NCBI GenBank assembly: GCA_024276425.1
Contig: JAJRXF010000188.1
Coordinates: forward strand, 5,545 to 69,544
Direction of reading: 5' to 3'
Length of the DNA stretch: 64,000 nucleotides
From: Actinomycetes bacterium
Lineage (GTDB): Bacteria > Actinomycetota > Acidimicrobiia > Acidimicrobiales > SZUA-35
Shown here: positions 46,248-56,294 of the stretch, piece by piece
Numbering within the stretch: position 1 is the first letter of the stretch
Layout: every line of letters begins with the position of its first letter
Notes under the pieces: model-generated
What the model was told of the DNA's origin: nothing
The model's database searches: none
The model's input: the letters and a program-made list of their open reading frames with translations, nothing else
Program-made: the position numbers and the translations under genes

Positions 46248-47497
46248 GAAGGCTTCTTAGCCAGATTCGGCCCCGGTTTCCAGCATCACCCCTGGGGATT
46301 TGGGCCGTTGAGTCAGACTCGGCCCAGGTGGTATGGGGTCAACTTCCGGCCGGACGGGTGCAGGTCGACGTCGCCGACAGTGTTGTGGCCATTGACCATG
46401 TCGGTGGCGCAGGATCAATCGTGGTCGAGGATCTCCCTGCCGCAACCAGTCTCAGGGCGACGGTGACCTGGCACGATGGCACCGAGCAAGCGGCTCTCCG
46501 GCAAGCCAAGCTGCACCTCAGAACCCTTTCGCCCCCGCCAGGAGAGCTCCTGGCCAAGATCGCTACCATCTCCGATCTCCATCTCGGAGCCAAACACTGG
46601 GGCTTCTTCAAGACTATGGAAGAGTCCAAGCTCACCTTGCCACCTAGCCTTGGCTCCCTGCCAGAGCCCCACCCCATTCTTTGTGCTCAGGCCGGCGTAG
46701 CGGAGGCCTTGCAGTGGGGGGCTAGCCATCTTGTCCTGAAGGGTGATGCCGCGCACCATCGAACCCAATCGGCCTTCGCCTTGGTGGACGACTTTCTCGA
46801 TGACATTTGTGGGGACGGACCCGATCGTTTCGCTCCGAACTCGATACTGATTATCCCCGGCAACCATGACGTCGACAACAAGTCTGCTATTCCACTGCCT
46901 GGAAGTTACGGTCGACGCAACCCGGTCCCTATTACTCGTACCCATGCCCATCTTGACCTTCCTGGAGTCCGCCTTATCGTTGGCGACACCACCATCGACG
47001 GCGAGGGTCCCGGAACCCTGGACCGGTGCGAGGCTGGGATTCTTGACCTTGCAGCCGAGTCCGACCTTCCCGTTCTGCTCGCAACCCACCACCACTTCCA
47101 ACCCAAGAGCTACCCGACGTACTGGCCAATGGGGATCCCAGCGCCACAATCGATCAACTTTCTCGACTCCCTTGGGCAAGCCAACCCAAGATCGTTGGTC
47201 ACCTCCGGTCACACCCACCGCAACCGAATTCGTCGTCACGGGTCTGTTGTGGTCTCCCAAGTCGCCTCGACCCGAGATTGGCCCGGGGTTTGGGCCGGTT
47301 ACCGAATTTATGAAGGCGGTATTAGTCAGGTCGTGAGGCGGATCGCCCGGCCGGGGGCAATTCATTGGCACGAATACTCCAAGGACGCCGTCCTGGGTGC
47401 CTGGCGATTCTGGTCCCAGGGTTCCCCCGAGCAGCGTTGTGAGGCATGGCCTTGGCCTGAACTCCCGTTCAACACGACACTCTCCACGACACCGTGA
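46244..47497 (+). CDS. Metallophosphoesterase (calcineurin-like) with N-terminal beta-sandwich-like region
   Basis: ISDLHLG, LKGDAAH, IPGNHD, ATHHH, SGHTHRN motif ladder. The TTG start overlaps the pepN stop. Confidence 0.8.
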   Translation: MRRLLSQIRPRFPASPLGIWAVESDSAQVVWGQLPAGRVQVDVADSVVAIDHVGGAGSIVVEDLPAATSLRATVTWHDGTEQAALRQAKLHLRTLSPPPGELLAKIATISDLHLGAKHWGFFKTMEESKLTLPPSLGSLPEPHPILCAQAGVAEALQWGASHLVLKGDAAHHRTQSAFALVDDFLDDICGDGPDRFAPNSILIIPGNHDVDNKSAIPLPGSYGRRNPVPITRTHAHLDLPGVRLIVGDTTIDGEGPGTLDRCEAGILDLAAESDLPVLLATHHHFQPKSYPTYWPMGIPAPQSINFLDSLGQANPRSLVTSGHTHRNRIRRHGSVVVSQVASTRDWPGVWAGYRIYEGGISQVVRRIARPGAIHWHEYSKDAVLGAWRFWSQGSPEQRCEAWPWPELPFNTTLSTTP

Positions 47498-47606
47498 CTC
47501 GCCCGACCCAATCCCCCCACCGACACGCAATATCTGCCACCATCGGGCCGAGAGACCTGTCGGACAATCACAGCCAATGTTCCGAAAGCGAGCAAACACA
47601 AAATCA

Positions 47607-48179
47607 ATGGAGATAGTCAGTCGTCATTTCGAGGTGGTCCTTGAAGTCGTTCCTTCACGTTTTGGTGATGATCGTGGATACTTCAGCGAGACCTTCAATA
47701 GTTCCGTCGCCAGTGCAATTGGGATCGAGGGTCCATTTGTGCAGGACAATCAGTCTCTGTCACGACCGGTCGGCACGGTTCGGGGACTTCACCTTCAACT
47801 GGACCCCAACGCGCAGGGGAAACTCGTGCGGGTGCTCAGCGGTCGAGTTACCGACGTAGCCCTCGATATCCGGCCTGGCTCACCCACCTATGGCCAGCAC
47901 TGTGCGGTGGAACTCAGCGCCGAGGTCGGCAATCAACTTTGGATCCCACCCGGGTTTGCCCATGGTTTTGCCACCCTTGAGCCCGACACCCAGGTGTTCT
48001 ACAAAGTCACAAACTATTGGCAGCAAGAGGCCGAACAGTCGATCCGTTGGGATGACCCCGCCCTCGGGATCGACTGGGGAATCGACCCCTCGACCGCTTC
48101 GTTGTCCGACAAGGATCGCAATGCTCAAAGTTTTGCCGATTGGCATGACGGCCGGCCACCATCAAAGGGAGCTTCCTAG
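47607..48179 (+). CDS. rmlC: dTDP-4-dehydrorhamnose 3,5-epimerase
   Basis: [45 protein letters not shown] chose the internal ATG at 47607; the upstream 70 aa of the track ORF are Arg/Pro-rich and overlap the previous gene. Confidence 0.9.
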   Translation: MEIVSRHFEVVLEVVPSRFGDDRGYFSETFNSSVASAIGIEGPFVQDNQSLSRPVGTVRGLHLQLDPNAQGKLVRVLSGRVTDVALDIRPGSPTYGQHCAVELSAEVGNQLWIPPGFAHGFATLEPDTQVFYKVTNYWQQEAEQSIRWDDPALGIDWGIDPSTASLSDKDRNAQSFADWHDGRPPSKGAS

Positions 48180-49225
48180 TGCGAATCTTGCTTACCGGCG
48201 GACTCGGATTTATCGGATCGGCGGTTATCCGGCGACTCATCTCTGAGACCGAACATGAGGTGCTTAACCTGGACAAGGTCACCTACGCCGGAACCCACAC
48301 GTCGGTGCAATCGGTGTCCGATTCCAACCGCTACCATTTCTCCAAGGTCGATATTGTCGATGGGCCTGCGGTGACTGACGCCTTCGCCTCATTCCGACCC
48401 GATGCCGTGATGCATCTGGCAGCCGAGTCACACGTTGACCGTTCGATCGATGGGCCGGGCGAGTTCGTTCAGAGCAACATTGTTGGGACCTATGAGATGC
48501 TCCAGGCCGCTCGCTCCTATGCGCTCGAAGCAGACATCATGGACCGGTTCCGATTCCTACATATCTCCACCGATGAGGTCTTTGGAGCTCTTAGCCCCGA
48601 GAGCCCACCCTTTGACGAGTCAACCCCCTATGACCCCCGCTCTCCTTATTCAGCATCAAAGGCAGCATCGGACCATCTCGTGCGCGCCTGGCATGAAACC
48701 TTTGGGCTCCCAACCCTCATCACCAACTGTTCCAACAACTACGGACCGTTCCAGTTTCCCGAGAAACTCATTCCACTAATGATCCTGAAGTCGGCCGCTC
48801 ATCAGGAGCTTCCGGTTTACGGAAAAGGTGACAACATCCGAGACTGGCTCTTTGTCGATGACCACGCTGGGGCCCTGCTTCGAGTCCTTGAGGAAGGCAA
48901 GCCGGGTGAGACCTATGCCATTGGCGGCAACTCTGAACGCACCAACCTTGAAGTGGTCCAACAACTCTGCGACCTGGTCGACACTCAGCTTGGCGACAAT
49001 GGTGCTCGTCAAGAACTCATCAGCTTTGTCGCTGACCGACCCGGTCATGACCTTCGCTATGCCATCAACGCCAGCAAAATCAAGGATGAGCTGGGTTGGG
49101 AACCCTCACACAGCTTCGCCGAAGGCCTTGCTAAGACAGCTTCGTGGTATCTGGAGAATGAGTGGTGGTGGCGTCCCCTCCTCACTGAGCGTTATGAAGG
49201 CGAACGCCTTGGTGTGACCACCTGA
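48179..49225 (+). CDS. rmlB: dTDP-glucose 4,6-dehydratase
   Basis: [11 protein letters not shown] Rossmann motif, YSASKAASD catalytic YxxxK, NCSNNYGP. Confidence 0.93.
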   Translation: MRILLTGGLGFIGSAVIRRLISETEHEVLNLDKVTYAGTHTSVQSVSDSNRYHFSKVDIVDGPAVTDAFASFRPDAVMHLAAESHVDRSIDGPGEFVQSNIVGTYEMLQAARSYALEADIMDRFRFLHISTDEVFGALSPESPPFDESTPYDPRSPYSASKAASDHLVRAWHETFGLPTLITNCSNNYGPFQFPEKLIPLMILKSAAHQELPVYGKGDNIRDWLFVDDHAGALLRVLEEGKPGETYAIGGNSERTNLEVVQQLCDLVDTQLGDNGARQELISFVADRPGHDLRYAINASKIKDELGWEPSHSFAEGLAKTASWYLENEWWWRPLLTERYEGERLGVTT

Positions 49226-50103
49226 TGAGCAATCTTCGGATCGTTGTTACCGGAGCAAATGGACAAGTTGGCCAGGAGCTACAGCGGGTCCCGTGGCCCG
49301 AGGGCACCACCATCAGGGCGTTGTCGTCAAACGACCTGGACATTACCGACTCAACCTCGACGAGTCGATTGCTGACGGAGCTCGATCCGACAGTCATCGT
49401 CAATGCTGCGGCCTATACCGCAGTCGACGCGGCTGAGTCCGATGAGGACCGCGCCACCCTGGTAAACGCCACTGGCGTTGCCAACCTGGCCACCGCGTCC
49501 AACCGTTGCGGCGCCTTCCTCATCCACATCTCGACCGACTATGTCTTTGACGGAACCAAAACGTCTTGGTATGTCGAGACCGATCCCCTCAACCCGGTCG
49601 GGGCCTACGGGCGTTCGAAAGCCAAAGGTGAGGCCCACATGACCCTGGCCGATGACTCGGTTACCCTGCGAACTGCCTGGGTGTATGGCGCATTGGGCTC
49701 CAACTTTGTTACCACCATGCTTCGCTTAGCCAGCGAGCGGAACCAGATCGGTGTTGTCGCTGACCAGGTCGGCTGCCCGACAGCGGCCACCGATATCGCC
49801 CGGGCAATCGTCGAAATCGTTGAGGTCCACCAGCTACAGGGGTCGCTCCCCTCCCGGCTCTATCATCTAGCTGCGCCCGACCAGGCCTCATGGTTCGAGG
49901 TGGCCGAAGCGGTCTTCGAGGCCTCTGCATTTGGGTTCAACGGCGAATTGAGCGCCCTAACCACTGAGGAGTACCCAACAGCGGCACTTCGGCCAGCAAA
50001 CTCCAGACTCGATTCTACGCTCATCTATCAAGAGCTTGGAATTCGTCTGCCGAGCTGGCGAGATTCCCTAGCCTTGGTCATTCGCGAACTGGAAGAGAAC
50101 TAA
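49225..50103 (+). CDS. rmlD: dTDP-4-dehydrorhamnose reductase
   Basis: [27 protein letters not shown]. Confidence 0.9.
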   Translation: MSNLRIVVTGANGQVGQELQRVPWPEGTTIRALSSNDLDITDSTSTSRLLTELDPTVIVNAAAYTAVDAAESDEDRATLVNATGVANLATASNRCGAFLIHISTDYVFDGTKTSWYVETDPLNPVGAYGRSKAKGEAHMTLADDSVTLRTAWVYGALGSNFVTTMLRLASERNQIGVVADQVGCPTAATDIARAIVEIVEVHQLQGSLPSRLYHLAAPDQASWFEVAEAVFEASAFGFNGELSALTTEEYPTAALRPANSRLDSTLIYQELGIRLPSWRDSLALVIRELEEN

Positions 50104-51011
50104 TGGAATCAATGAGCGAGCCAGCCGCATCCACCAGGACGCGCGGCATCATCTTGGCCGGTGGTACCGGATCTCGACTTCATCCCGTGACCTTGGCTGT
50201 ATCCAAGCAGCTTCTTCCGGTCTATGACAAACCAATGATCTACTATCCTCTGAGCACGTTGATGCTGGCGGGAATCCGAGACATCTTGATTATCACCACC
50301 CCCTTTGATCGGCCCTCCTTCGAGCGGCTCTTAGGCGATGGGAATGGCTGGGGACTTAACCTTCGTTATGCAACCCAAGATGCCCCCAACGGTATCGCCG
50401 AAGCCTTTCTGATCGGAGAAGATTTCCTGCAAGGGGCCCCCTGCAGCCTGATCCTTGGCGACAATCTCTTCCACGGCAGCAACTTCTCCCAACAACTCCA
50501 AGCTGCGGCGACCGAACGTCCTGGAGCCCAAGTATTTGCTCAACAGGTCTCGGACCCCGAGCAGTACGGGGTCGTAGCGTTCGACCAGACGGGGCGGGCC
50601 ACCAGTGTCGAGGAAAAACCCAAGAACCCACGGTCGAACTGGGCTGTCACTGGCTTGTACTTCTATGACCACAAGGTCGTTGATATTGCCAAGGGTCTCA
50701 GCCCTTCTGCCAGAGGTGAGCTGGAGATAACATCGGTCAATCAGGCCTATCTCGAAGCGGGAGAACTTCACGTCGCTCGACTCGACCGGGGGTTCGCCTG
50801 GCTCGATACTGGAACGTTTAACTCCATGGTCGAGGCCTCAGAGTTTGTTCGAGTTATCGACTCTCGCCAGCATCAGAAAATCGGCTGCCCCGAAGAGGTG
50901 GCCTACCGGATGGGCTTCATTGACAGCGATCAACTACTGGCTCTCGCCAAACCTCTGGAGAAGAGTGGCTATGGAACCTACCTCAGGGAACTCCTGATCT
51001 GGTCGAGTTGA
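50103..51011 (+). CDS. rmlA: Glucose-1-phosphate thymidylyltransferase
   Basis: [37 protein letters not shown]. Confidence 0.93.
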   Translation: MESMSEPAASTRTRGIILAGGTGSRLHPVTLAVSKQLLPVYDKPMIYYPLSTLMLAGIRDILIITTPFDRPSFERLLGDGNGWGLNLRYATQDAPNGIAEAFLIGEDFLQGAPCSLILGDNLFHGSNFSQQLQAAATERPGAQVFAQQVSDPEQYGVVAFDQTGRATSVEEKPKNPRSNWAVTGLYFYDHKVVDIAKGLSPSARGELEITSVNQAYLEAGELHVARLDRGFAWLDTGTFNSMVEASEFVRVIDSRQHQKIGCPEEVAYRMGFIDSDQLLALAKPLEKSGYGTYLRELLIWSS

Positions 51012-51019
51012 GACCACTC

Positions 51020-52441
51020 CTAGTCTGCAACCACCAGCGACCTCCAAGCCGAGACCAGCCGAGCCAAGCCCTCAAGAAGCTGGGATTCAGGGCGATCGAA
51101 ACACAGGCGGATGTGACGTTCAGCCCCTTGCTCAACCGATGCCGAGGCTCCGCTAGCGATCGAAACGCCATTTCGACCGGCCATTTGCGCTAAAGGCTCT
51201 GCCAACGGACCAGGAAGCTCGATCCACATTGACAACCCACCAGCCGGCAGCGTCAGTTTCCATTCAGGCACCTGAGAGCGGAGGAAATCTGCCGCCGATT
51301 GTGATCGTTGGTGCAGGGTTTCCTGGCGCACCTTGGCCACCGAATCGAAGTTGGCCAGCACACCCGCGGCGATCACTTGGGAGGGAATGGAGCTGCCAAG
51401 ATCGTCAGACAACCGGGCACGGACGAGCCGATCCAGAATAGATGTCGGCGCCCGTAGCCAGCCAATGCGCAATCCGCCCCATCCGAGCTTGGAGATACTT
51501 CCAATCGCAAGCACCGTGGCCGACTCTACGAGACCCGCCAAGGGGGTGGGCCTGGTTCCGTCATAGCGCAGATCGGCCAATACGAGATCCTCCAGGACGG
51601 TTAACCCCAGTGAGTCACAGGCCCGAGCAAGGTCCCTCACCTGCCACGCCTCGGCCACATAACCGGTTGGATTGTGAACCGAGGTCTGCAAGTAGGCCAG
51701 GTGCACTTTGTGATCTCGGACCAAGCGGCGCAACCCCACAATGTCGATGCCGCCACTCCGACGAGGAAGGGGAATGGCCTGCAGCCCTCGAGACGACATC
51801 AGGTCAAATATGCCGGGGTAAGAGGGGTCATCCACTAACAGCCCATCCCCCTTCTCCGTCAACATGTTGAGAGCCAACGCCAAACCATGCTGTGCGCCAT
51901 TGGTAATCAAAACATTATCCAACTCGGTTGCCAAGCCACCTAGGGACAACCGTTCGGCTACAGCCTTCCGCAAGACCGGCAACCCGGCCGGGGTGTAGCC
52001 GTGTCTGGGGCCAGCCCGCAACAAGGAGTCAAGGTCGACTTCGACACGAGGAAGTGCTCGGGCATCGGCGGGGGTCGATGCAGCCAGATCGATCAAGCCA
52101 TGCTGTGGCTCCCCGTTGCTGCGAAGTATTCCCGGCAGGACAGTCGCCCCCTGCATGGCGCGTGGGGTAGAGCCAACAACCCTGGTGCCGCTCCCCTGCC
52201 TCGCCTCAAGAACCCCGGCCCCCTTCAGATCATTCAGAGCCGCCGTCACTGTCGATCGACTAATGGCCAACGAGCGAGACAGTGCCCGCTCGGCTGGGAG
52301 CACCGTCCCTGGAGCCAAGACTCCAGTCTCGATGACTCCGAGCATTGCTTCAGAAAGGCGTCGGTGGAGGGGCAGGCCTCGTCCCAGCGACCAATCTCCC
52401 AGCATGTTCAAAAGAGCGTTGGTCCCAATCCGATCAACCAC
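51020..52441 (-). CDS. MocR/PdxR-type regulator (GntR HTH fused to an aminotransferase-like domain)
   Basis: N-terminal winged HTH (LPAERALSRSLAISRSTVTAALNDLKGAGVLEARQGSGTRV) plus a C-terminal fold-type-I PLP domain (SISKLGWGGLRIGW). Confidence 0.88.
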   Translation of the reverse strand: MVDRIGTNALLNMLGDWSLGRGLPLHRRLSEAMLGVIETGVLAPGTVLPAERALSRSLAISRSTVTAALNDLKGAGVLEARQGSGTRVVGSTPRAMQGATVLPGILRSNGEPQHGLIDLAASTPADARALPRVEVDLDSLLRAGPRHGYTPAGLPVLRKAVAERLSLGGLATELDNVLITNGAQHGLALALNMLTEKGDGLLVDDPSYPGIFDLMSSRGLQAIPLPRRSGGIDIVGLRRLVRDHKVHLAYLQTSVHNPTGYVAEAWQVRDLARACDSLGLTVLEDLVLADLRYDGTRPTPLAGLVESATVLAIGSISKLGWGGLRIGWLRAPTSILDRLVRARLSDDLGSSIPSQVIAAGVLANFDSVAKVRQETLHQRSQSAADFLRSQVPEWKLTLPAGGLSMWIELPGPLAEPLAQMAGRNGVSIASGASASVEQGAERHIRLCFDRPESQLLEGLARLVSAWRSLVVAD

Positions 52442-52562
52442 CCTCGAACACTAGCGAAGCCTCTGGCCCGGCACTCCAAACCAGCAAAATGGACCTCCAC
52501 TAGCAGGCCAATTAGTCCAAGGTGGCCCGTGACCTCGACGGAGCGACGGACCATGCTCCGGT

Positions 52563-53762
52563 ATGGGCCTTGCCGACCTCCTCGAACTGGACTGCTTCAC
52601 CTCCTCGGTCATCCGCGATCTTCTAGTCCATGCCCGCCAGCCCAACCTCATCTCGCTGGCAGGCGGGCTCCCATCGGAAACTACCCTTCCCGTCGAACGG
52701 GTAAGCGTCGGCCTCCAGAGTCTGTTGAGGGAGCGAGGCACCGAAGTTTTACAATACGGGCTTACCACGGGAGAACCCGAACTGCAGGAAAAGCTGGCCG
52801 CCACTTCTCCCCATCCATCGAGTTCCGATCGGATTGTCGTTACCGCCGGATCTCAACAGGCACTGGATCTTGTCCTTCGGGTTCTTGTCAGCCAAGACCC
52901 GTCAAAGAATGTTGCGGTCATCGAAGACCCCGGCTACCTCGGAGCAATTCAGGCCCTTGTGGCCAATCGTTTCACGCTGGCCCCAATCCCGGTGGATCAC
53001 CACGGGCTCGATGTCGAAAAGCTCGACGCTCAACTCCACGATGGCCTCCGCCCCCGGTTGTGCTACATAAATCCCTCGTTCCAGAACCCAACCGGGGCCC
53101 TTCTGGCGACGGATCGCGCCCAACATTTGGTCCGCTTGGCCGAGCAGTACAACTTCGTCATCCTGGCTGATGATCCCTACATCGAACTTTATCTCGAGGG
53201 AGATCGGCCTCGGCCTCTTCCCCCCAGTGAACTGGTGGTGCGGCTCGGCTCGGTCTCCAAGACTCTCTCGCCGGGACTGCGAGTTGGTTGGCTTGACGCC
53301 GAACCCCATCTGGCCGCGGCTGTTGCTCTGGCCAAACAACCGGCCGACCTTCAAACCTCAACGCTCAGCCAACTCTTGGTTGCCGACCTACTCAACGACG
53401 GGAACTGGTGGCGAACCCATACCGAGGCACTGCGAAGCGACTACCGACTCCGCCGCTCCAAGCTCAGCGAAGCCCTCAGGACTCACCTACCAGAGGTGCA
53501 AGTCAACCCAGGGTCTGGTGGGTTTTTCCTCTGGCTGACTCTGGATCAAGCTGGGGCAGCCCTGGACACGATGGAAGTGCTGGAGGACGCAATCACCGCT
53601 GGCGTGGCCTACGTCCCCGGGGATGCCTTTACGGTCCAGAAACGGCGCCCCAACACCCTCCGCCTGTCCTACTCAAGTGGAGACCCCGACCAATTTGGTG
53701 AGGCCGTCCACCGCCTGGCCGAGGTTCTCAACCCGCCGGACTCGAAGCCGAATCGGCCTTAA
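52563..53762 (+). CDS. Class I/II PLP-dependent aminotransferase (divergent from the MocR regulator)
   Basis: INPSFQNPTG and SVSKTLSPGLRVGW (PLP-Lys). 399 aa. Confidence 0.85.
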   Translation: MGLADLLELDCFTSSVIRDLLVHARQPNLISLAGGLPSETTLPVERVSVGLQSLLRERGTEVLQYGLTTGEPELQEKLAATSPHPSSSDRIVVTAGSQQALDLVLRVLVSQDPSKNVAVIEDPGYLGAIQALVANRFTLAPIPVDHHGLDVEKLDAQLHDGLRPRLCYINPSFQNPTGALLATDRAQHLVRLAEQYNFVILADDPYIELYLEGDRPRPLPPSELVVRLGSVSKTLSPGLRVGWLDAEPHLAAAVALAKQPADLQTSTLSQLLVADLLNDGNWWRTHTEALRSDYRLRRSKLSEALRTHLPEVQVNPGSGGFFLWLTLDQAGAALDTMEVLEDAITAGVAYVPGDAFTVQKRRPNTLRLSYSSGDPDQFGEAVHRLAEVLNPPDSKPNRP

Positions 53763-54933
53763 GTGGCAGAGTTACCCGCACCTGACCTCCTCCGCCCGGC
53801 GAAATGGTCACTGATCCACCGTGGGCTTGGGTCAAGGTTTGGGCGATGGCTAGTCCCAATCCGGCGATCCCATTGCGAGAACGGGCCGAGTCCGATTGGG
53901 TGAAACGTTCAAATGCTTTCGGGACGAAATCAGCGGCAAAACCGGGGCCATCATCGAGCACGATGACCCGAACAACTCCCGAGCCCTGCTCAAGCCTGAC
54001 CGACACCAGTCCCCCTTCGGGGGCATGACGAATGGCGTTATCCAAGAGATTTCTTAAGACGCGACCCACCGCCGTCGCGTCACCATGTATCGGCACCGCC
54101 TCGGTTAATTCCGCCACTAGGCGAACTCCTTGATCAATGGCGGCCGGCAGCATTGCCTCCAATGCCTCATCGATCAGTTCGGAGAGATCAAGCAACTCGG
54201 ACTGGAGCGCCAAGTTCCCGCTATCGGCTCGGGCCAGAAGAAAGAGATCTTCCACCAACCGGTTGAGGTTGAGTACATTGCGGCGCATTGCCGCGAGGTG
54301 CTCATCGACATCGGCCACTCCGTCAGCCACGGCATCAATTGAAGCCAAAAGGGATGCAAGCGGTGTACGCAGATCGTGACTAAGCGCACTGACCACCGAT
54401 CGTCGTTCCTCGTCAGCGGCCAAGCGCTCGGCCTCGGCCCTGGCCAGCGAGCGACCAAGTTCATCAACCGCCGAGGCAAGCTCGCCAAGTTCGTCCTGGC
54501 GTTCGATTCCCGTTCTGGCCCCTCGTTCACCCTCCGCGATCGCCGCCACGGTAGCCGCAACCTGACCCAGATCAGTGGCCAGGGGTTGAGCAAGCCGCCA
54601 CCCAACAACGATGGCTGAGAATCCAGTAAGGATGGTTACGGCCAACACATACCCAACGTCGTGGCCAGACAACGTCATTGCGCCACTGCCAACAAGGGCG
54701 CCAACAATCGCTAACACCGGCCCGACAAGGGCCAGCACGGGAACCGCTCGGCGGAGCGAAAGTTTGGCCATCAGGATCGGAAGGGCGGCAGCGGACCCGA
54801 CCGAAAGAACAGCAACAACAACAACGAAGAGCCCCAGACTCTGCCCGTCATCCATCATGTCACCGGTGTCAGTCGACTGGTACAGGATGAGTCCCTGGGC
54901 CGCCCGGGCAGACAACCAATCTTGGCCGATCAC
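53728..54933 (-). CDS. Sensor histidine kinase (two transmembrane segments, HAMP, HisKA, HATPase_c)
   Basis: H-box SHDLRTPLASL, N-box LRNLLDNAIRH, G-boxes DDGPGF and GLGLAIA. GTGA overlap with the response-regulator stop. Confidence 0.9.
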   Translation of the reverse strand: MIGQDWLSARAAQGLILYQSTDTGDMMDDGQSLGLFVVVVAVLSVGSAAALPILMAKLSLRRAVPVLALVGPVLAIVGALVGSGAMTLSGHDVGYVLAVTILTGFSAIVVGWRLAQPLATDLGQVAATVAAIAEGERGARTGIERQDELGELASAVDELGRSLARAEAERLAADEERRSVVSALSHDLRTPLASLLASIDAVADGVADVDEHLAAMRRNVLNLNRLVEDLFLLARADSGNLALQSELLDLSELIDEALEAMLPAAIDQGVRLVAELTEAVPIHGDATAVGRVLRNLLDNAIRHAPEGGLVSVRLEQGSGVVRVIVLDDGPGFAADFVPKAFERFTQSDSARSRNGIAGLGLAIAQTLTQAHGGSVTISPGGGGQVRVTLPLKADSASSPAG

Positions 54934-55691
54934 GGGTCGAACCGGTAGCCCACTCCATACACCGTAATCAGGTGAATTGGATTTGCCGGATCAGCCTCCA
55001 GTTTGCGCCGCAATCGCCGCATATGGACGGTGACCGTGCCCGGGTCCTGCCAATCAGGGCTCGAACCCCAGACATCACGGAGCAGGTCTGAGCGGCTATG
55101 AACCTCACCGGGTGACCCGGCCATCTTGGTGAGAAGGTCAAACTCCTTCGGAGTGAGTTCGACCTCTTCATCACCCTTGTGCAACCGTCGACCGGTCACG
55201 TCAATGACGAGGTCTCCAACCGAGATCGACTCTGGCCCACTCGATCCTGATCGTCGGAGCACAGCACGAACTCTGGCTGCAACCTCGCGGGGGGATGCTG
55301 GCTTGGCCAGGTAGTCATCGGCACCGAGTTCTAGTCCGGCCACCCGTTCCGATTCCTGACCCCTAGCACTAAGCACAATGACCGGCACCTGGTCGCCCGA
55401 CGCGCGCAGGCGACGAAGGACCGTCAACCCATCAACCCCAGGAAGCATGAGGTCAAGCACCACAAGATCGGGGCGCTTCTTCGCCAGTTCGGCCATGGCC
55501 TCGGCACCATCGGCCGCGGTTCGCACCCGGAACCCTTCTCGACTGAGATACGAGGCGACAATCTTGCGAACCTGAGCCTCGTCATCAACGACCAGGACAT
55601 CGGGCGCATCAAGACTTGTCACTTCCCACACCGCCTGAGGGTCGGGTGAAGAGATCGCGTCGAGAGAGTTGCCACCCAAAGATGCTGCCAT
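54930..55691 (-). CDS. OmpR-family response regulator
   Basis: Receiver domain (VLVVDDE...DLVVLDLMLPG...KP) plus winged-helix output (LTPKEFDLL...TVYGVGYRF). Confidence 0.92.
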   Translation of the reverse strand: MAASLGGNSLDAISSPDPQAVWEVTSLDAPDVLVVDDEAQVRKIVASYLSREGFRVRTAADGAEAMAELAKKRPDLVVLDLMLPGVDGLTVLRRLRASGDQVPVIVLSARGQESERVAGLELGADDYLAKPASPREVAARVRAVLRRSGSSGPESISVGDLVIDVTGRRLHKGDEEVELTPKEFDLLTKMAGSPGEVHSRSDLLRDVWGSSPDWQDPGTVTVHMRRLRRKLEADPANPIHLITVYGVGYRFDP

Positions 55692-55754
55692 AGGTTGATC
55701 GAACCAGCTTGAATACCCGGCTCATTCCTAGACGATGCAGAGTTCACAAGCTCT

Positions 55755-56291
55755 TCAGATCTCGCGGAAGTAACCCATGAGGAGTGGCAGAACTCCGTGA
55801 AGGGCATCAGGACAGACCTCTCGGCCCTTGACCCAGTCCGTCAACGAGGACAACTTGATCAGGTCCAGAGCCACCACCTCACCATCAGGGCACGTTGGGG
55901 TTTGGTCGCTGCAGGCAAGAAACACGCGTCCGACAACAGCCATGGCCTCATCTTCGTAGTCGAGGGGGCCAAGTTCTGCTAGCTCTACCGGTTGGCTGCC
56001 CTCAAGCCCAAGTCCGGCTTCTTCAGCTAGCTCTCGCTTGGCGGCCGTGAGCCAGTCCTCGCCAACCCCGGCTACTCCCCCAAAACACAGATCCCAGTAA
56101 CCAGGAGCAACATCCTTCCAATCGGCCCGCTGGTGAACCACCACCTCATGATGGCTGTTGACAACGACCACGTAGGTGGATCGATGACGCAGATTGTTGC
56201 GACGCATCTCGGCTCGGGTCACGGTGCGCTCGACTCGGCCCTGCCGGTCAACAACCTCGACCATCTCAGCACCCGGGGCACCATTGGCCAT
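55755..56291 (-). CDS. NUDIX hydrolase
   Basis: Nudix box GGVAGVGEDWLTAAKRELAEEAGL. Confidence 0.85.
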   Translation of the reverse strand: MANGAPGAEMVEVVDRQGRVERTVTRAEMRRNNLRHRSTYVVVVNSHHEVVVHQRADWKDVAPGYWDLCFGGVAGVGEDWLTAAKRELAEEAGLGLEGSQPVELAELGPLDYEDEAMAVVGRVFLACSDQTPTCPDGEVVALDLIKLSSLTDWVKGREVCPDALHGVLPLLMGYFREI

Positions 56292-56294
56292 AAT

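Noticed and set aside
46415-47599. 394-aa minus-strand ORF antisense to the metallophosphoesterase gene
   Set aside because: Its composition is Arg/Gly/Pro/Trp-rich and low complexity with no motifs. It fully overlaps a plus-strand ORF that has a clear metallophosphoesterase motif ladder. This is the typical shadow ORF of high-GC DNA.
52001-53170. 389-aa plus-strand ORF spanning the MocR gene and the start of the aminotransferase
   Set aside because: The translation is extremely Arg/Pro/Ser-rich. It is antisense to a well-supported MocR regulator and out of frame with the aminotransferase, so I treat it as a shadow ORF.
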